DNA of 15,236 bases from a virus. The notes under the pieces were generated by a model. The model made no database searches and had not been told where the DNA came from. It saw nothing but the letters and a program-made list of their open reading frames with translations. Numbering within the stretch: the stretch's first letter is position 1; every line of letters starts with the position of its first letter. Below, piece by piece: positions 13,804 to 15,236 of this stretch. The position numbers and the translations under genes were made by a program. Location of the stretch: the IMG/VR virus record IMGVR_UViG_3300023486_000048, positions 1-15,236 of that record. One strand, 5' to 3'.

Positions 13804-14454
13804 AGGGCAACTACATACGATCCCACATTCACGAACCGCAACGTCACGCCGCAGATTACCGGCGTTCTGGCTATTTTCCTCCCCGACGGCATCAAGGTGA
13901 CCGAAGACGAGGGAGCTTCTTACGTCACCGGGCCGGACCAGTTTCCGACGCCTCCGACGTCTCCGCCAACGGATCCGACCGCCGGGCCTGAACAGCCCTG
14001 GGTGAGCTTCGGGCTGCTGGGAGCGTTCCAGTCCGTCGCCACCCAGGTCGAAGGGGAAGTGACGCGCTTTTACGGCGGTGCGCTGGGATATCGCCAGCAG
14101 CGCAAGAACACCACGACCGGCAAGCGGATGACCTTCACCACGCCGGACATGTCCCCCGAATGGTTCCAGCTTTCTTTCGCCTTGGGAGCGCCTCCCGCCA
14201 ACGGCGAGGAATCGACCACCGTCGGACATGGCGGCGACAATAAGATTGAGGGGTATCTTCACTTCTGGTATCAGAACGACGTGGGTACTATCTATCTGGT
14301 CGGAACGGCGCATGGCGCCTTGCGCCTCCTGCAGGATCCCGAACACACCACGGCGATTGCTTCACCCCAGTTCGAGTTCGAAATGGATTATCGCGGCAAG
14401 TACCAGTTCACGCCCTCCAATGTGCAGGACGTGACGCCGGCGCCGGGTTCCTGA
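13804..14454 (+). CDS. putative major tail (tube) protein; start non-canonical or unresolved
   Basis: The ORF track gives GTG 13897..14454. The in-frame upstream sequence ATTYDPTFTNRNVTPQITGVLAIFLPDGIK looks like genuine beta-rich protein. No canonical start lies between the previous stop (13787-13789) and 13897. In-frame AGG is at 13804. A strong terminator follows. The function is inferred from position and composition. Confidence 0.55.
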   Translation, partial: RATTYDPTFTNRNVTPQITGVLAIFLPDGIKVTEDEGASYVTGPDQFPTPPTSPPTDPTAGPEQPWVSFGLLGAFQSVATQVEGEVTRFYGGALGYRQQRKNTTTGKRMTFTTPDMSPEWFQLSFALGAPPANGEESTTVGHGGDNKIEGYLHFWYQNDVGTIYLVGTAHGALRLLQDPEHTTAIASPQFEFEMDYRGKYQFTPSNVQDVTPAPGS

Positions 14455-14466
14455 CGCGTTTCACCA

Positions 14467-14499
14467 GGGGGCGCGCTGCGCCCCCGCATCCTCTTTTTT
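14467..14499 (+). terminator. rho-independent terminator / attenuator after the tube gene
   Basis: GGGGGCGC-GCT-GCGCCCCC forms an 8-bp stem (14467-14485), followed by GCATCCTC and TTTTTT (14494-14499). Confidence 0.65.
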
Positions 14500-14502
14500 C
14501 CC

Positions 14503-15236
14503 AGGCAGCAGGCAGGCAAATACGATATCCGGACCGTCACGGGGCTGAACCAGTCGCTGGTCGTCCGTGTGGTAGATTTTCAGGGGGATCCCGTCGACAT
14601 GAGCGGCGTCACCCTCCGCGGCGCTGTCCGTCTCAAGACAGGCGTCGCCGAGTTCGGCTTTTCCCGCGACGATGAGGGTAACGGCGTGCTTTCCTGGGCT
14701 TCGGTGCCTGCGGGCAGGTGGTCCTACGACGTCTTCATGGACGACGGAAACGAGGAAAGACCGCTGCTCTACGGATGCTTTGTTTCTGCGGGCCGTGTAA
14801 CGCCTGACTTGCCGGACGAACAGCAGGCCGTGGCGGGCGCGGTCGTCGTGCAGCTGCCGGAAGGAAGCGGCTGCGTGCAGGTGGTGCTTGATAATGCGTC
14901 AAGCGCCGCCTGGTACGCGGAGCAGGCCAAGAAGTACGCCGAGAATTTCAATCTTTCGGTGGACCGGGTCACTACCGGCGAGCCTGGCACTCCTGCCGCA
15001 GCGGAAGCCGTGAAAGGCTCGGAAGCGGGCTCTTATCTGTTGTCGTTTACCATCCCCAAAGGAGACGCCGGTCCCGAAGGCCCACCAGGCCCGCAGGGGG
15101 AACCGGGCGAAACCGGCCCCGAAGGCCCTCAGGGTCCCAGGGGCGACGCAGGACCTCAAGGTCCTCAGGGAGCGACCGGAGAACAGGGACCAAGAGGCGA
15201 CATTGGAGAAACCGGACCGCAGGGTCCTGCCGGCCC
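14503..15236 (+). CDS. tail fiber / baseplate protein with a BppU-like N-terminal Ig domain and collagen-like repeats (3' partial)
   Basis: The frame is open from 14455 to the window end; the ORF track omits it, presumably because it has no stop in the window. [41 protein letters not shown]...[11 protein letters not shown] resembles BppU-N-type Ig domains. [15 protein letters not shown] is followed by G-X-Y repeats. In-frame AGG is at 14503; the first canonical starts are GTG 14569 and ATG 14599, both inside the domain. Confidence 0.7.
15061..15236 (+). repeat. collagen-like G-X-Y coding repeat (19+ triplets, continues beyond the window)
   Basis: The translation is [58 protein letters not shown], with glycine at every third position and no interruption. 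Confidence 0.9.

Noticed and set aside
14586-14601. GGATCC-C-GTCGAC-ATG (BamHI, SalI, ATG) inside the fiber gene, considered as a second cloning scar.
   Set aside because: It lies in frame within a coherent Ig-domain coding sequence (QGDPVDMSG). Adjacent palindromic hexamers are expected several times by chance in 15 kb. There is no extended match to a vector polylinker.
1-15236. A recognisable defence, toxin-antitoxin, retron or DGR system, or a lysis or integration module.
   Set aside because: I could recognise no reverse transcriptase, nuclease-NTPase pair, holin/endolysin, integrase or template/variable repeat pair in any frame. Such genes may lie outside this window.

Overview
The window is a tailed-phage or prophage segment of about 60% GC, with no rRNA, tRNA, CRISPR array or integrase. 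It has four parts.

1. **Rightward early/replication module (52-2058).** It holds a PD-(D/E)xK-like nuclease, a replisome-organizer protein with an internal iteron cluster, and a DnaC/IstB-like helicase loader.
2. **Leftward low-GC accessory cassette (about 2100-3990).** Hand-counted lines give about 35-40% GC. It encodes a very acidic 107-aa protein and a 434-aa protein made of an N-terminal HTH plus seven tandem HTH-like repeats. A 23-bp perfect palindrome sits in its promoter.
3. **Regulatory gap (3990-4712).** It contains a plus-strand-specific terminator with tetraloop hairpins, a leftward double zinc-ribbon gene, and a polylinker-like stretch.
4. **Rightward late operon (4713 to window end).** In order: small terminase, large terminase, DUF935/Mu gp29-like portal, Mu gpI-like protease/scaffold, a decoration-position protein, a lambda gpE-like major capsid protein, a connector, a Mu F/SPP1 gp7-like minor head protein, neck proteins, a putative tube protein, and a BppU-like fiber running into collagen-like G-X-Y repeats.

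**Most unusual observation.** For five late genes (TerS, TerL, major capsid, tube, fiber) the recognisable N-terminal coding sequence lies upstream of the first ATG/GTG/TTG. Each has a single in-frame AGG exactly where the initiator codon is expected. The portal has an AGG directly before its GTG. The ORF-track coordinates therefore truncate these genes.

Other points worth follow-up are the HTH-array protein, the candidate ori iterons, the structured plus-strand RNA region, and a 21/22-nt match to the pUC polylinker abutting the TerS start. All family assignments come from motif recognition by eye, since no searches were possible.
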